A stretch of DNA of 45,416 nucleotides. Origin: Chlamydia trachomatis. GTDB taxonomy: Bacteria; Chlamydiota; Chlamydiia; Chlamydiales; 2-12-FULL-49-11. Within the stretch, counting starts at the first letter, position 1. Every line of letters starts with the position of its first letter. The stretch covers positions 1 to 45,416 of the forward strand of contig CAMDFS010000001.1 of NCBI GenBank assembly GCA_945897715.1. The letters run 5' to 3'. Below are positions 33,281 to 42,529 of the stretch, in pieces. The notes under the pieces are model-generated. The model saw only the letters and a program-made list of their open reading frames with translations, made no database searches and was not told where the DNA came from. The position numbers were made by a program, and so were the translations under genes.

Positions 33281-34234
33281 TCATACAATAATTGTTGATA
33301 TTTTACAACTATTTTTTTTGTCGGTGCTAAATTCCTCTATCACACCGCCGGCAGCAATAAATCCATCTAACATACGCTTTCCATCGAAAGAAATTGTAAT
33401 AGGATCGTAAAAGATGGTATCGATCCCAAACCATTTTTCATTCATGAGATTTTCTTCGATAATTTTGAAGGGGACCTTCTTCAAGACTAATGATGTGCAC
33501 ATCTCTTCAAATTCTTTGTAATTACAAAGGCCCAAGAAAGGGAGTACAACGGCTGTCTTTACATCAACCTCAGTAAATGGAGACTGCGCAGCAAAAAAAG
33601 AGAGGGTGTGAGTAGCACTGCCCATTCCCCAACATATTCCTTCTAAAAAAAATTTTGGATATTTAATTCCAACTTCAAGATGTGAGAAACTCTCTTCTGA
33701 AATAAGTTCTATTACTTTTCCACATTCAAGCGATGCTGGTAGCGAAAACAGAAGAGTTCCTTTGATGTGATCAGGTAGAATGGAGGCAATTGAATGAAAG
33801 AAAATAGAGAGTAGATGGCTTGAGTAGAGGTTTAAGAGATGCTCTTCTTCGATGGTATTTTCAGGAAGTTCTTCTTTCCAAGAATCATACTCTTGTGATG
33901 TTTTCTTATGTTGTTTTATATGATTAGAAAAATCTATGGGCCCGCGATATAATATGATATGAGAAATACGATTCTCTGGAAGTGTGGCAATTTTTTCCAA
34001 CAGAACTTCTAATGCACGTTTTCGAATGGCATATTCAAATTCACTAAAAAATGAAAATGTCTCGGTATGAATATCTAAAAAAATTTCAAAACATAGAGGG
34101 ACTTCTAATTTAAGCTTCTCTTCTAAACCTTTGAATTCTAAATCAGAGGTAGGAGATCCATCAACAACAATGTTTATACAATCATAGGAATCAGGAGACT
34201 GCTCATAGGCACTTAAGCTTTCTGCAATGCGCAT
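33281..34234 (-). CDS. hypothetical protein (317 aa)
   Basis: Long ORF overlapping the trmB stop by 22 nt and ending 15 nt before tRNA-Pro. No motif recognised. Confidence 0.7.
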   Translation of the reverse strand: MRIAESLSAYEQSPDSYDCINIVVDGSPTSDLEFKGLEEKLKLEVPLCFEIFLDIHTETFSFFSEFEYAIRKRALEVLLEKIATLPENRISHIILYRGPIDFSNHIKQHKKTSQEYDSWKEELPENTIEEEHLLNLYSSHLLSIFFHSIASILPDHIKGTLLFSLPASLECGKVIELISEESFSHLEVGIKYPKFFLEGICWGMGSATHTLSFFAAQSPFTEVDVKTAVVLPFLGLCNYKEFEEMCTSLVLKKVPFKIIEENLMNEKWFGIDTIFYDPITISFDGKRMLDGFIAAGGVIEEFSTDKKNSCKISTIIV

Positions 34235-34914
34235 AGAGGACCTAATCTTTTAAATGTCATTAATCGGTTCACTTTTCCAAGATCTGCCCATAATCTTCTA
34301 AAATAGGAGCCACCATATTGCTCGTCTAACACTGCAAATCCGTTTTCTGGATAGATGTTTTCAAAGGCAGAGGTTTTTCCAAAGACTTCAATGATTTCTT
34401 GGCTATACTCAATGCTATCAGTTGTTATGGTGATTTTCCCATCTTCTTTTAGAATCTGATGAATTGGAGGTAGAAAGGCGTCCTTTATAATGCGGTGCTT
34501 TGCATGGCGAGCTTTTGGCCATGGATCGGGGAAATTAATAAAAACTTCTTCTATTGAATTCTTTTCTAAATAATAGTCAAAAAAATCCTCACCCATCCCT
34601 GAAATAATCAGCAAATTTTCTAATTTCATATTTTTCATTTTTGACCAGATTTTCCGAACACGCATAAATTTCTTTTCAACGGCTATATATAGAATTTCTG
34701 GATTTTGAAGAGCTCTATCTGTAATCCACTCCCCATTACCACTGCATATTTCCACATGAATTTTTTTAGCGTTGTTAAGTAATTCATTTAAAGAGGGGAA
34801 TAGATCCTTTGTATGTCCTTCAAAATAAGAAGGGATGGTTAAAACACCATCAATAAAAGAAGGTTCTCGAGTAGAAAAACTCTTGATAGAATAGGGTAAA
34901 TCTTTAGGTTTCAT
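34213..34914 (-). CDS. trmB: tRNA (guanine46-N7)-methyltransferase
   Basis: VEICSGNGEW (SAM motif) and NFPDPWPKARHAKHR. The track ORF start at 34968 would overlap tRNA-Leu, so Met19 (34914) is preferred. Confidence 0.88.
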   Translation of the reverse strand: MKPKDLPYSIKSFSTREPSFIDGVLTIPSYFEGHTKDLFPSLNELLNNAKKIHVEICSGNGEWITDRALQNPEILYIAVEKKFMRVRKIWSKMKNMKLENLLIISGMGEDFFDYYLEKNSIEEVFINFPDPWPKARHAKHRIIKDAFLPPIHQILKEDGKITITTDSIEYSQEIIEVFGKTSAFENIYPENGFAVLDEQYGGSYFRRLWADLGKVNRLMTFKRLGPLCALQKA

Positions 34915-34929
34915 AATTTTTAAGAATGT

Positions 34930-35011
34930 TGCCCAGGAGAAGACTCGAACTTCCACACCGTGAGGCACTAGATCCTAAGTCTAGCGTGTCTACCAATTTC
35001 ACCACCTGGGC
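34930..35011 (-). tRNA. tRNA-Leu (anticodon UAG)
   Basis: The reverse complement is GCCCAGGTGGTGAAATTGGTAGACACGCTAGACTTAGGATCTAGTGCCTCACGGTGTGGAAGTTCGAGTCTTCTCCTGGGCA. It has a long variable arm and the anticodon loop CTTAGGA. Confidence 0.93.
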
Positions 35012-35027
35012 ATCAGGTTGAAGCAAA

Positions 35028-35056
35028 ACTATAGCGTATTGATCCTTTTACGTCAA
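35028..35056 (-). promoter_or_regulatory. sigma70-like promoter for tRNA-Leu (and probably downstream trmB unit)
   Basis: The minus strand reads TTGACG-N17-TATAGT. The -10 element ends 16 nt before the mature tRNA 5' end. Confidence 0.6.
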
Positions 35057-35135
35057 ATTTTTCTTGAGAAAAGAACTTTTCCTATTCAGAAAGAGATAGA
35101 TATGATATTTTCTACCTGGTTAATTTTTACAAAGG

Positions 35136-35903
35136 GTGGATATGAAGAAGATGTTTTTAATTATGGCATTAGCAAGTACATTATTTGCTGACATATATGA
35201 AGTAAGTTCTATTAAGGAAATGGATAAATATAGGGAAGAAGGAGTCTTGTTTCTGTACGATATTGATAATACTTTGGTCACTTTAGACCAAATGCTTGGC
35301 ACAGATCAGTGGTTTTGCTACAGGCTCAATCAATTGATTGCTGAAACAAAGAATACGCAAGAGGCTTTGGATAAAGCTCTTGCAGAGTGGACAAGCATTC
35401 AGTATATATCTAAAATACATGAGGTAGAGAAAGGAAGCAGTGAAATGATTAAATCTCAGCAAGAAGAGGGAATGATGTGCATTGGTTTTACCACTCGTGG
35501 ATTAAGCCTTTCGCATTGTGCCGTAAGTCAATTAAATTCTATTGGTATTGATTTTACAACTACAGCCCCTATGAAGCATGATCTATTATTTCTTACAAGT
35601 CAGAGCATTATATTTAGACATGGGGTGTTATTTACAGCAGGAACACATAAAGGTACTGCTTTGGTAGAGTTTTTAAATCAGATGAACTTTACTCCTAAAA
35701 AAATTGTATTTATCAATGATAAACACAAAGATTTAGCTCAAGTGGAGGAAGGGTGTAATACTTTAGGGATTCCTTTTATAGGTCTTCGGTACAACTATCT
35801 TGATAAGGTAGTAGCTGCCTTTGATCCAGAAATAGCAAAGATCCAAGGGGATAAGTTTTTTAATATCCTGTCAGATGCTGAAGCTTTATCAATGATAAGA
35901 TAA
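35136..35903 (+). CDS. secreted HAD-like (DxDxT) protein, DUF2608-like
   Basis: Signal-like MKKMFLIMALASTLFA. LFLYDIDNTLV (HAD motif I), GFTTRG (motif II-like) and VFINDKHKD (motif IV-like). Confidence 0.65.
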   Translation: MDMKKMFLIMALASTLFADIYEVSSIKEMDKYREEGVLFLYDIDNTLVTLDQMLGTDQWFCYRLNQLIAETKNTQEALDKALAEWTSIQYISKIHEVEKGSSEMIKSQQEEGMMCIGFTTRGLSLSHCAVSQLNSIGIDFTTTAPMKHDLLFLTSQSIIFRHGVLFTAGTHKGTALVEFLNQMNFTPKKIVFINDKHKDLAQVEEGCNTLGIPFIGLRYNYLDKVVAAFDPEIAKIQGDKFFNILSDAEALSMIR

Positions 35904-35967
35904 GGACAAAGAGCTTGCAATTCCCTTTCCTTTTATGCCATAACTAAGGTTAAAGAGGGAAGGGGTT

Positions 35968-37563
35968 ATGTCAACATTTAAAAAATATGTATCGTTTAAG
36001 CAGTTAGAGGCATTATCAAAGAAGCCTGTTGATCTTACAGCTTTGGGGGTGTTAACCTCAAAACGTATTGCTGATAGGAAGCTCTCTGCCTGTGGTTGGA
36101 AAATGCTCTACGGAACTGAAAGGGTTGATGATGCAGTGATGGAAAATCTCTGCAATATGGCAAAGGAGGCAAATGTCTTTGCTAAGATGGCTAATATGCA
36201 GGATATGAAGGTGATGAACTTTGTAAAAGGCTGTAAGTCAGAAGATAGAATGGTGGGTCATACTGTTATTAGAGCAGAAAAACTTCCTAACAATGCTTCT
36301 AAAGAGGCAAGAGAAGGGCATAAAGAATCTTTAGCCGAGTTAAAGAAACTTGAAAGTTTTTTAGAGAATACAAAAGAATATAGGCACATGGTTGTTTGTG
36401 GTATCGGCGGCTCTTATTTAGGTGCTTTGGCAATTTCTAAAGCGTTAAAGGGGCTGCATAAATCAAATAGAACGCTCCATTTTGCATCCAATATTGACCC
36501 TGATAAAATTGGAAGCATATTAGATGAAATCGATCTATCTAAGACAATTGTTGCAGTGATTTCTAAATCTGGTGGAACAATGGAGATCATGGCACAAGAA
36601 ATCCTGTTAAAAAACTCTTTCCTTGCTAAGGGTCTTGATCCAAAAGAGCATTTTGTGATGGTTACAGGGAAGGGCAGTCCCATGGACAACCCACTTTTAT
36701 ATAGAAATATTTTTTACATTTGGGATTTTATTGGGGGGAGATACTCTGTTTCCTCGATGGTTGGGGCCGTTCCTATTGGATTTATCTGTGGAATAAATGT
36801 GTGGAAAGAGTTTTTAAAAGGGTGCAGTGATATGGATTTTCATGCTCTACATGAAAAGGATATGATGAAAAATATGCCTTTAATGGGAGCAATGCTTGGG
36901 ATCTGGAATCGAAATTTTCTCGGAATGGAAACTCTTTGTATTTTGCCATATTCAAGCTCACTAGATTTATGGGCAGGGCATATTCAGCAGTTATATATGG
37001 AGTCCAACGGAAAGAGGGTGGAGCAAGATGGGGGAGCTTTTATCGACTATGGGACATGCCCTATTATTTTTGGTACCTGCGGGACAGAAGGGCAACATTC
37101 TTACTTTCAAGCAATACATCAAGGGACTATTTGTGTTCCGATGGAGTATATTGGATTTTTGCATCCACAAAGGCGAGGGGATGAAAGAATTGAAGGGAGT
37201 TTGAACCAAGAGAAGCTTTTAGCTAATTTATTTGCGCAATGTATCTCACTTGCTCGAGGTAAAGGATCAACAAACCATAATCAGGTTTTTCCAGGCAATC
37301 GGCCGAGTCGGATGCTTATTACTAATTCTTTATCAGCGTATGCTATGGGGGCATTGCTTGCCTATTACGAAGCGGTAGCTGTCTTTCAAGGTTTTATTTG
37401 GGGGATTAACTCCTTTGACCAGGAGGGTGTGCAATTAGGGAAATGTATCGCAAATTCTATTGTAGATGAATACAAAAATGTCCATAAAACTGGGAAATTT
37501 TCTGATAATAAAGAGCTAGAGATTGAAATTGCCTTTATGAAAGAGATGAGTGACTTAGGATAG
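35968..37563 (+). CDS. pgi: glucose-6-phosphate isomerase
   Basis: 531 aa. Has GIGGSYLG, ISKSGGTME, IGGRYS, YMESNGKRV and GTEGQHSYFQ. Confidence 0.95.
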   Translation: MSTFKKYVSFKQLEALSKKPVDLTALGVLTSKRIADRKLSACGWKMLYGTERVDDAVMENLCNMAKEANVFAKMANMQDMKVMNFVKGCKSEDRMVGHTVIRAEKLPNNASKEAREGHKESLAELKKLESFLENTKEYRHMVVCGIGGSYLGALAISKALKGLHKSNRTLHFASNIDPDKIGSILDEIDLSKTIVAVISKSGGTMEIMAQEILLKNSFLAKGLDPKEHFVMVTGKGSPMDNPLLYRNIFYIWDFIGGRYSVSSMVGAVPIGFICGINVWKEFLKGCSDMDFHALHEKDMMKNMPLMGAMLGIWNRNFLGMETLCILPYSSSLDLWAGHIQQLYMESNGKRVEQDGGAFIDYGTCPIIFGTCGTEGQHSYFQAIHQGTICVPMEYIGFLHPQRRGDERIEGSLNQEKLLANLFAQCISLARGKGSTNHNQVFPGNRPSRMLITNSLSAYAMGALLAYYEAVAVFQGFIWGINSFDQEGVQLGKCIANSIVDEYKNVHKTGKFSDNKELEIEIAFMKEMSDLG

Positions 37564-38572
37564 AAATAGAGTATACAGAAGGGTGAGTAGTGTTTGAAGG
37601 TGCTGTTAGAAAAACCTGAGGGAGCATCTTTAGTCGATTCATTAAGTGTTTTTGTTTGTTTTCATCAAGGAAAGAAAGATAATCATCCATTGCAAAGATG
37701 ATTGCACCCATCATTTTATAAGAAGCAAGCTTTAAAGCAATCACAAGGAGCCTTTTTTCCCCCTCACTTGAGAAAAGTTTTGCCTTTTCTTTATCTAAAG
37801 AAAAAATCAGATCATCACGGTGTGGTCCTATTGTGGTGAATCCAAATAGTCGATCTTTTTCTCTGGATTCTTTGTAGCTCTCTTGTGTGATGCAATTTTT
37901 TGGTGAGGGTTTGTAGGTAACTTTTGGAACTTTAGCCTTGTGATGAAAATGGGAAAATTCTTCAGCAAAAATCTCTTCAAGCTCTTGAATAAATTTTTCC
38001 CGCTTTTGCTGGAGAATCTGTGCAGATGCAGCAAGTTGCTCTTCCCAAATTTCAATAGCCTCTGTGCTGTTTGCCTTCAATAAAGCGTTTCTATATTTCA
38101 GAGCTTTATTATATCTGGATAAATGAAGAATATAGGATGGATCTGATTGAGCAAGGTGTATGTCCATGAATTTTCGTCTATGAAGAGGGTCTCCTGTGAT
38201 GATTTCTACATCACTTGGAGAGTAGACAACAGAAGGGATTAAACCAAGGAGGCTTGAAAAGCTTTTGTGTTTTGTGTGATTATGAAGGATCTCTTTTGAT
38301 TTTCCGTCGAAATTCACATGGATTTTTTCAGAAAGACCCTCTTTAGTATAAGAGATTTCAATAAAAAATTTGGAAGCGTCATGTTGGATAGCCTCTTTTA
38401 AATTTTTTGTTCTGTTCGATCTTCCGATGCTTGTAATCAATAATGATTCTAAAAGATTAGATTTTCCAGTTCCATTTTCCCCATAGATTAAATTGATTCC
38501 AGGTTGAAATATAAATTCCTGTTCAGAATAATTTCTGAAAGAGGTGAGGGTCACTTTTTTAATCCATTCCAT
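37535..38572 (-). CDS. recF: DNA replication/repair protein RecF
   Basis: 345 aa. LTSFRNY, Walker A GENGTGKSNLLES, the signature-like SSEGEKRLL and FAMDD. Immediately downstream of dnaN. Confidence 0.88.
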   Translation of the reverse strand: MEWIKKVTLTSFRNYSEQEFIFQPGINLIYGENGTGKSNLLESLLITSIGRSNRTKNLKEAIQHDASKFFIEISYTKEGLSEKIHVNFDGKSKEILHNHTKHKSFSSLLGLIPSVVYSPSDVEIITGDPLHRRKFMDIHLAQSDPSYILHLSRYNKALKYRNALLKANSTEAIEIWEEQLAASAQILQQKREKFIQELEEIFAEEFSHFHHKAKVPKVTYKPSPKNCITQESYKESREKDRLFGFTTIGPHRDDLIFSLDKEKAKLFSSEGEKRLLVIALKLASYKMMGAIIFAMDDYLSFLDENKQKHLMNRLKMLPQVFLTAPSNTTHPSVYSISILSHSSLS

Positions 38573-38575
38573 GGA

Positions 38576-39673
38576 TTAACCAAGACGCATTGGCATAATC
38601 ACATAGTGTGCATCTGAAGTATCGGTAATGGAACCTGGATTAAATGAGTCTGTCATACAGAAATTCACCGTTTCATCCTTACAATGTCTTAAAACATCAA
38701 GGAAGTAATGAGGGTTAAATGCAATTTCTTTATCCTCCCCTCTGTGATCCACAGGCATATTCACTTTTCCTTCCCCAATATCACTATTTGTTGCTTGAAG
38801 GCGGAGCTCTCCTTGTGAAAAGGTGAGTTTTACAGAATGAGAAACATCAGAGGTAAATAATGAAATCTGTTTTAAAAGAGTCATTAGCTCCTCTCTGTGT
38901 AATTTGATCTCCTTTAATTCAGAATGATCTGGGATGACCCTTTCGTAATCAGGAAATTGCCCAGTGATTAATTTTGTGATGAGGCAAAAATTCCCCATCT
39001 CTACACAAATCTTATCTTCCATAATAGAGAGTCTTACTTCATCTTCATCTACAATGATACGGATGAGCTCATCAACAGCTTTTAATGGAATAATATTTGA
39101 GCAATCAATTGGTTCATTTAATTCTAGATCTTTGTGTACCTTGGCAAGTCTTTTTCCATCTGTTCCGACAAACACGATTCGATTGCCAGAGATTTCCATG
39201 AACACCCCATTTAGCACTTGGCGGGAGTCATCTTTTGCAGCAGAAAAAGATGTTCTCATCAACATGTCTTTTAAATCAGCCCCTTTCATTGTGAAATGCT
39301 TCCCATCATCATCATTTGGAAATGCAGGGTACTCCTCTTTGTCCATCCCATGAAGTCTAAAATGAGAAGAACCAGCAGTAATTCTTGCAATCCCTGTTTC
39401 AGAAGTTTCAACGGTAATTTCTGGTGCGGTTAATTCGCGAATCAGTTGAAAAAACCTCTTTGCTGGAAGTGTAATTGCCCCTTCTTGAAGGATGTTTACC
39501 TCCACACTTACCTTTACACTCACTGTTAAATCGGTAGCATAAAGGGTGATTACATCATTTTTCGCCTCCAAAAGGATGTTAGATAAAATAGGAACCACAG
39601 CTTTAGATGGTACAACACTCTGTACTTTACTGATTAACACAACAAGCTTTTCTCGAGAGATGATAAACTTCAT
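38576..39673 (-). CDS. dnaN: DNA polymerase III beta sliding clamp
   Basis: 365 aa. The N-terminus is MKFIISREKL...PILSNILLEA, LYATDLTVS is present, and the C-terminus ends VIMPMRLG. Confidence 0.95.
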   Translation of the reverse strand: MKFIISREKLVVLISKVQSVVPSKAVVPILSNILLEAKNDVITLYATDLTVSVKVSVEVNILQEGAITLPAKRFFQLIRELTAPEITVETSETGIARITAGSSHFRLHGMDKEEYPAFPNDDDGKHFTMKGADLKDMLMRTSFSAAKDDSRQVLNGVFMEISGNRIVFVGTDGKRLAKVHKDLELNEPIDCSNIIPLKAVDELIRIIVDEDEVRLSIMEDKICVEMGNFCLITKLITGQFPDYERVIPDHSELKEIKLHREELMTLLKQISLFTSDVSHSVKLTFSQGELRLQATNSDIGEGKVNMPVDHRGEDKEIAFNPHYFLDVLRHCKDETVNFCMTDSFNPGSITDTSDAHYVIMPMRLG

Positions 39674-39869
39674 AAAAACAACCCTTAAAATTATACGATT
39701 CGATGGAACATTATATTATTTTAGATACCCAAATGTCAAGAAAAGAACCTAACTTCTTAGAATTGTTACTTGCTAAGAAAACTGTGAAAAAATAATTAAA
39801 ATAAATATTTACCTCTAAAAAACCAAATGGTAGTGTGACGAAATACGATATAAAATCGGAGGGGGAATT

Positions 39870-40190
39870 TTGTTCAAAGGTACATTAGTGGAGTTATTAG
39901 AAGATGTCTACACATCTGAAATAAGCCCAACAGAAGCTTCGAAAGTAATTCATATGTTTTTCGGAGAGGCGGGGTTAAACCCTACTGTATATGAGCCTTT
40001 ATCCACCCTTTTATCTTCTGAGGAGGGGAGGGAAAAAATTGAAGGATATGAGATGTTAATGAATGAAATGAATTGGTTAATTGCAAGACTTTCAGGTAGA
40101 GAAATTGATGTAGATGAATCTTTATTGATTATGGAAGAAAAAATGAACCAATATTTAAATGGTGATGACAGGGAAGAATATGTAATTTAA
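39870..40190 (+). CDS. hypothetical small acidic protein
   Basis: 106 aa with a TTG start 7 nt after GGAGGGGG. Helical and acidic. No family recognised. Confidence 0.5.
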   Translation: MFKGTLVELLEDVYTSEISPTEASKVIHMFFGEAGLNPTVYEPLSTLLSSEEGREKIEGYEMLMNEMNWLIARLSGREIDVDESLLIMEEKMNQYLNGDDREEYVI

Positions 40191-40213
40191 AAGATGTCTA
40201 TGTTTTTCAAAAC

Positions 40214-40840
40214 ATGTCTTTTATTGAAGGAATTAATGAAGGGTTCTATTATGTACCCTCTGGAGGAAAGGAAGTGATTATGGATGCTTTTTCAAAAATA
40301 CGAAAATCTGCAGGAAGAGAAGAGCAGAAAAGGCAAATGATTAATAAAGCTATTGATCTTTTGCATAAATTATCAAACAAGAGATTAGATTATGACGATG
40401 CAAAATCAGAGATCTCTCGGGTAATATCAGAGTATTATGTATTAGATGATGGTGCAAGCGTGGCCGAAAATACAAAAATCAACCTTGAGTTGATGATTAA
40501 CAACTCTTTTGATGTAATTAATGGGGTAAAAGATGAAAAGCTTAATTTATATCAGGCGATCATGTTAATGAATAAGGTGATGGCTCATGGAGAAACTACT
40601 AAAGAAGAGCCTTCTAAAAAGTTTGAGATACCAACTTTTACGGAAGAAAAAAAGGAAGTGAAACTTATCGAAAATACTGTGTCTAATATTGAGGAAGTAA
40701 GGTACCCAAAAAGAACAGAGGTCTCTGAAGCGATGAATGATGTAATAGAGAATAAGAAAAAATACCTCCAATCTATAGAGCAATTAAATGAGATATTAAA
40801 ATCTCATGGGTTCTCTCTTAGTGCTTTAGAGCCAAAATAG
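40214..40840 (+). CDS. hypothetical protein
   Basis: 208 aa, charged and helical. No family recognised. Confidence 0.55.
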   Translation: MSFIEGINEGFYYVPSGGKEVIMDAFSKIRKSAGREEQKRQMINKAIDLLHKLSNKRLDYDDAKSEISRVISEYYVLDDGASVAENTKINLELMINNSFDVINGVKDEKLNLYQAIMLMNKVMAHGETTKEEPSKKFEIPTFTEEKKEVKLIENTVSNIEEVRYPKRTEVSEAMNDVIENKKKYLQSIEQLNEILKSHGFSLSALEPK

Positions 40841-40888
40841 AAAAGTTTCTAGAATAATTGTGGAAACTTTGTAGAAAAATCGTTACTA

Positions 40889-40921
40889 TTATTATCTTCT
40901 CTATTATAGAGAAGATAATAA
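40889..40921. repeat. perfect 33-bp palindrome (15-bp arms, 3-nt loop)
   Basis: TTATTATCTTCTCTA-TTA-TAGAGAAGATAATAA, located between the 208-aa ORF and the ftsB-like gene. No T-run follows. Confidence 0.9.
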
Positions 40922-40953
40922 GGTAAATAGTTTTAATAGGAAATGTTTGTATT

Positions 40954-41268
40954 TTGTTAAGAGAAAAAGTTAGACACTCTAATCTGATGCATGTGCTCAA
41001 AGATTCTTGGTGGGTTTTTTTATTTATTTCTTTTACATTTAGTGGTTTCCTCTATGCTGCCTCATCTCAAAAAAAGATCGCTCTTGAGATTCAAATGAAA
41101 ATTGAGTCTTTACGTGAACAAAAAAACCAAGCTATTGCAGAAAAAGAATATTTAGAGCAAAAGATTTATAGCGTAGATGACCCCTCGTATCTAGCGTTAA
41201 CACTTATTAAAGTATTAGGTGTCACACCTAAAGGACAACAAAAAGTCGTATTTAACAGGTTAGATTAA
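40954..41268 (+). CDS. septum-formation-initiator (FtsB/DivIC-like) protein, putative
   Basis: One TM (WWVFLFISFTFSGFLYA), then a coiled coil (IESLREQKNQAIAEKEYLEQKI), then DDPSYLALTLIKVLGVTPKGQQKV (cf. DPxYIExxAR..LG..PGE). Start is uncertain (TTG at 40954 or ATG at 40987). Confidence 0.5.
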   Translation: MLREKVRHSNLMHVLKDSWWVFLFISFTFSGFLYAASSQKKIALEIQMKIESLREQKNQAIAEKEYLEQKIYSVDDPSYLALTLIKVLGVTPKGQQKVVFNRLD

Positions 41269-41269
41269 A

Positions 41270-42529
41270 GTGATATCTACTGTAATACTGACCTTTGTAC
41301 TTATCTTTCTTTTGACTTGTAGTGCGTTTTTTTCTACTTCAGAAACTGCCCTATTCTCTTTATCCCCATCAAAGCGAAATACCTTTAAAAATTCTACTCA
41401 TAAAGGGAAGAAAGCAGCAGCCCTTCTTTTGGAAAAGCCAAAATCCTTATTAATTACTGTGCTTATTTTACATGTGGCAGTAAATTTAGGGGTGCAAAAT
41501 GTGATTTCTTCTATTGTGGGAGACACCAAAGGTGTTTTTTTAAATGTTGCCCTTCCTTTTGTTTTGACCTTGGTATTTGGAGAGATTTTACCTAAAACAA
41601 TAGCTGTGACTAAAGATGAGCTGATATCTTCTAAAGTCTCAAGAATTGTTCAGTTCTGTAGCTGGGTTTTGACGCCGATTCGATTTGTTTTTTTAAAAAT
41701 CACAAAGGTGGGGTCTTTTGTAACCTCTTTTTTTCTTAAAAAGGATAGTGAGATTACTAAAGAGGAGATCAAGCATGCCGTTGTCTCTTTTAAAGAGACA
41801 GGGCTTATGACAAAAGATGAAATTAAGCTTCTCCTTGGCAGTTTAAAACTCTCAGAGATGCAGGTGAAAGAGGTTAAATGTCAAAGGCAAAACATCTTTT
41901 TTCATGATATTCATACCTCTCCGCAAAAGCTAAGGGATTTATTTTCTAAGAAGAGGTTAAGTAAAATCCCGGTGGTTGATAGAGATATTGATCATGTGAT
42001 TGGAATAGTAAAGGCAACAGATTTTTTTGCCAATAATCACAAGATTCATGAGCCAAAAGATTTATACGCAATCATGGAAAAACCTTTTTTTGTTCCAGAG
42101 AGTATGTTGTCCAGGACGCTGCTTGCCCATTTTGATGATAAGAAAACTGAAATTGCCATGTTGGTTGATGAATATGGGGGGGTTTCCGGATTGATTACTC
42201 GTGAGGACTTAGTGGAGATTGTTCTTGGACAAATTAGCGATGGTCGCGAGGAAAAAACCTTATTTACTAGGCAAGGGGAAGATGTAATTATTTGCAGTGG
42301 TAAATATGAATTAAATGATTTAGAGGCTCTTTTTGAAATAGAAATCGATAGAATTGGACAAGAGACTACTGTGGGAGGATACCTTCTTGAAATACTAGGG
42401 GATATTCCTAAAAGTGGATATAAAGTTACCCATAAAGGGTTGATGTTTCATGTTCTTCTGGCAACAGAGGCAAAAGTCTCTAGAGTCTATGTAAAGCATC
42501 TTAAAAAGCATGGAGGGAAGAGTGGGTGA
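41270..42529 (+). CDS. CNNM/TlyC-family protein (DUF21 + CBS pair + CorC_HlyC), copy 1
   Basis: 419 aa with a GTG start. Four N-terminal TM helices, and VDEYGGVSGLITREDLVE in the CBS region. Confidence 0.88.
   Translation: MISTVILTFVLIFLLTCSAFFSTSETALFSLSPSKRNTFKNSTHKGKKAAALLLEKPKSLLITVLILHVAVNLGVQNVISSIVGDTKGVFLNVALPFVLTLVFGEILPKTIAVTKDELISSKVSRIVQFCSWVLTPIRFVFLKITKVGSFVTSFFLKKDSEITKEEIKHAVVSFKETGLMTKDEIKLLLGSLKLSEMQVKEVKCQRQNIFFHDIHTSPQKLRDLFSKKRLSKIPVVDRDIDHVIGIVKATDFFANNHKIHEPKDLYAIMEKPFFVPESMLSRTLLAHFDDKKTEIAMLVDEYGGVSGLITREDLVEIVLGQISDGREEKTLFTRQGEDVIICSGKYELNDLEALFEIEIDRIGQETTVGGYLLEILGDIPKSGYKVTHKGLMFHVLLATEAKVSRVYVKHLKKHGGKSG

Noticed and set aside
39674-39869. Possible replication origin or DnaA-box cluster upstream of dnaN.
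   Set aside because: dnaA is not adjacent. I found no TTATCCACA-like boxes on either strand in the 196-bp spacer, only generic AT-rich sequence.
42176-42182. G7 tract in CNNM copy 1, and a C7/G7 tract in zwf (about 3410-3416), as possible phase-variation sites.
   Set aside because: Both encode conserved Gly-Gly or Pro-Pro motif residues in housekeeping genes (DEYGG in CNNM, SPPG in zwf). They are more likely codon coincidence than switches. Only the G8 tract in the accessory methyltransferase was kept as a finding.
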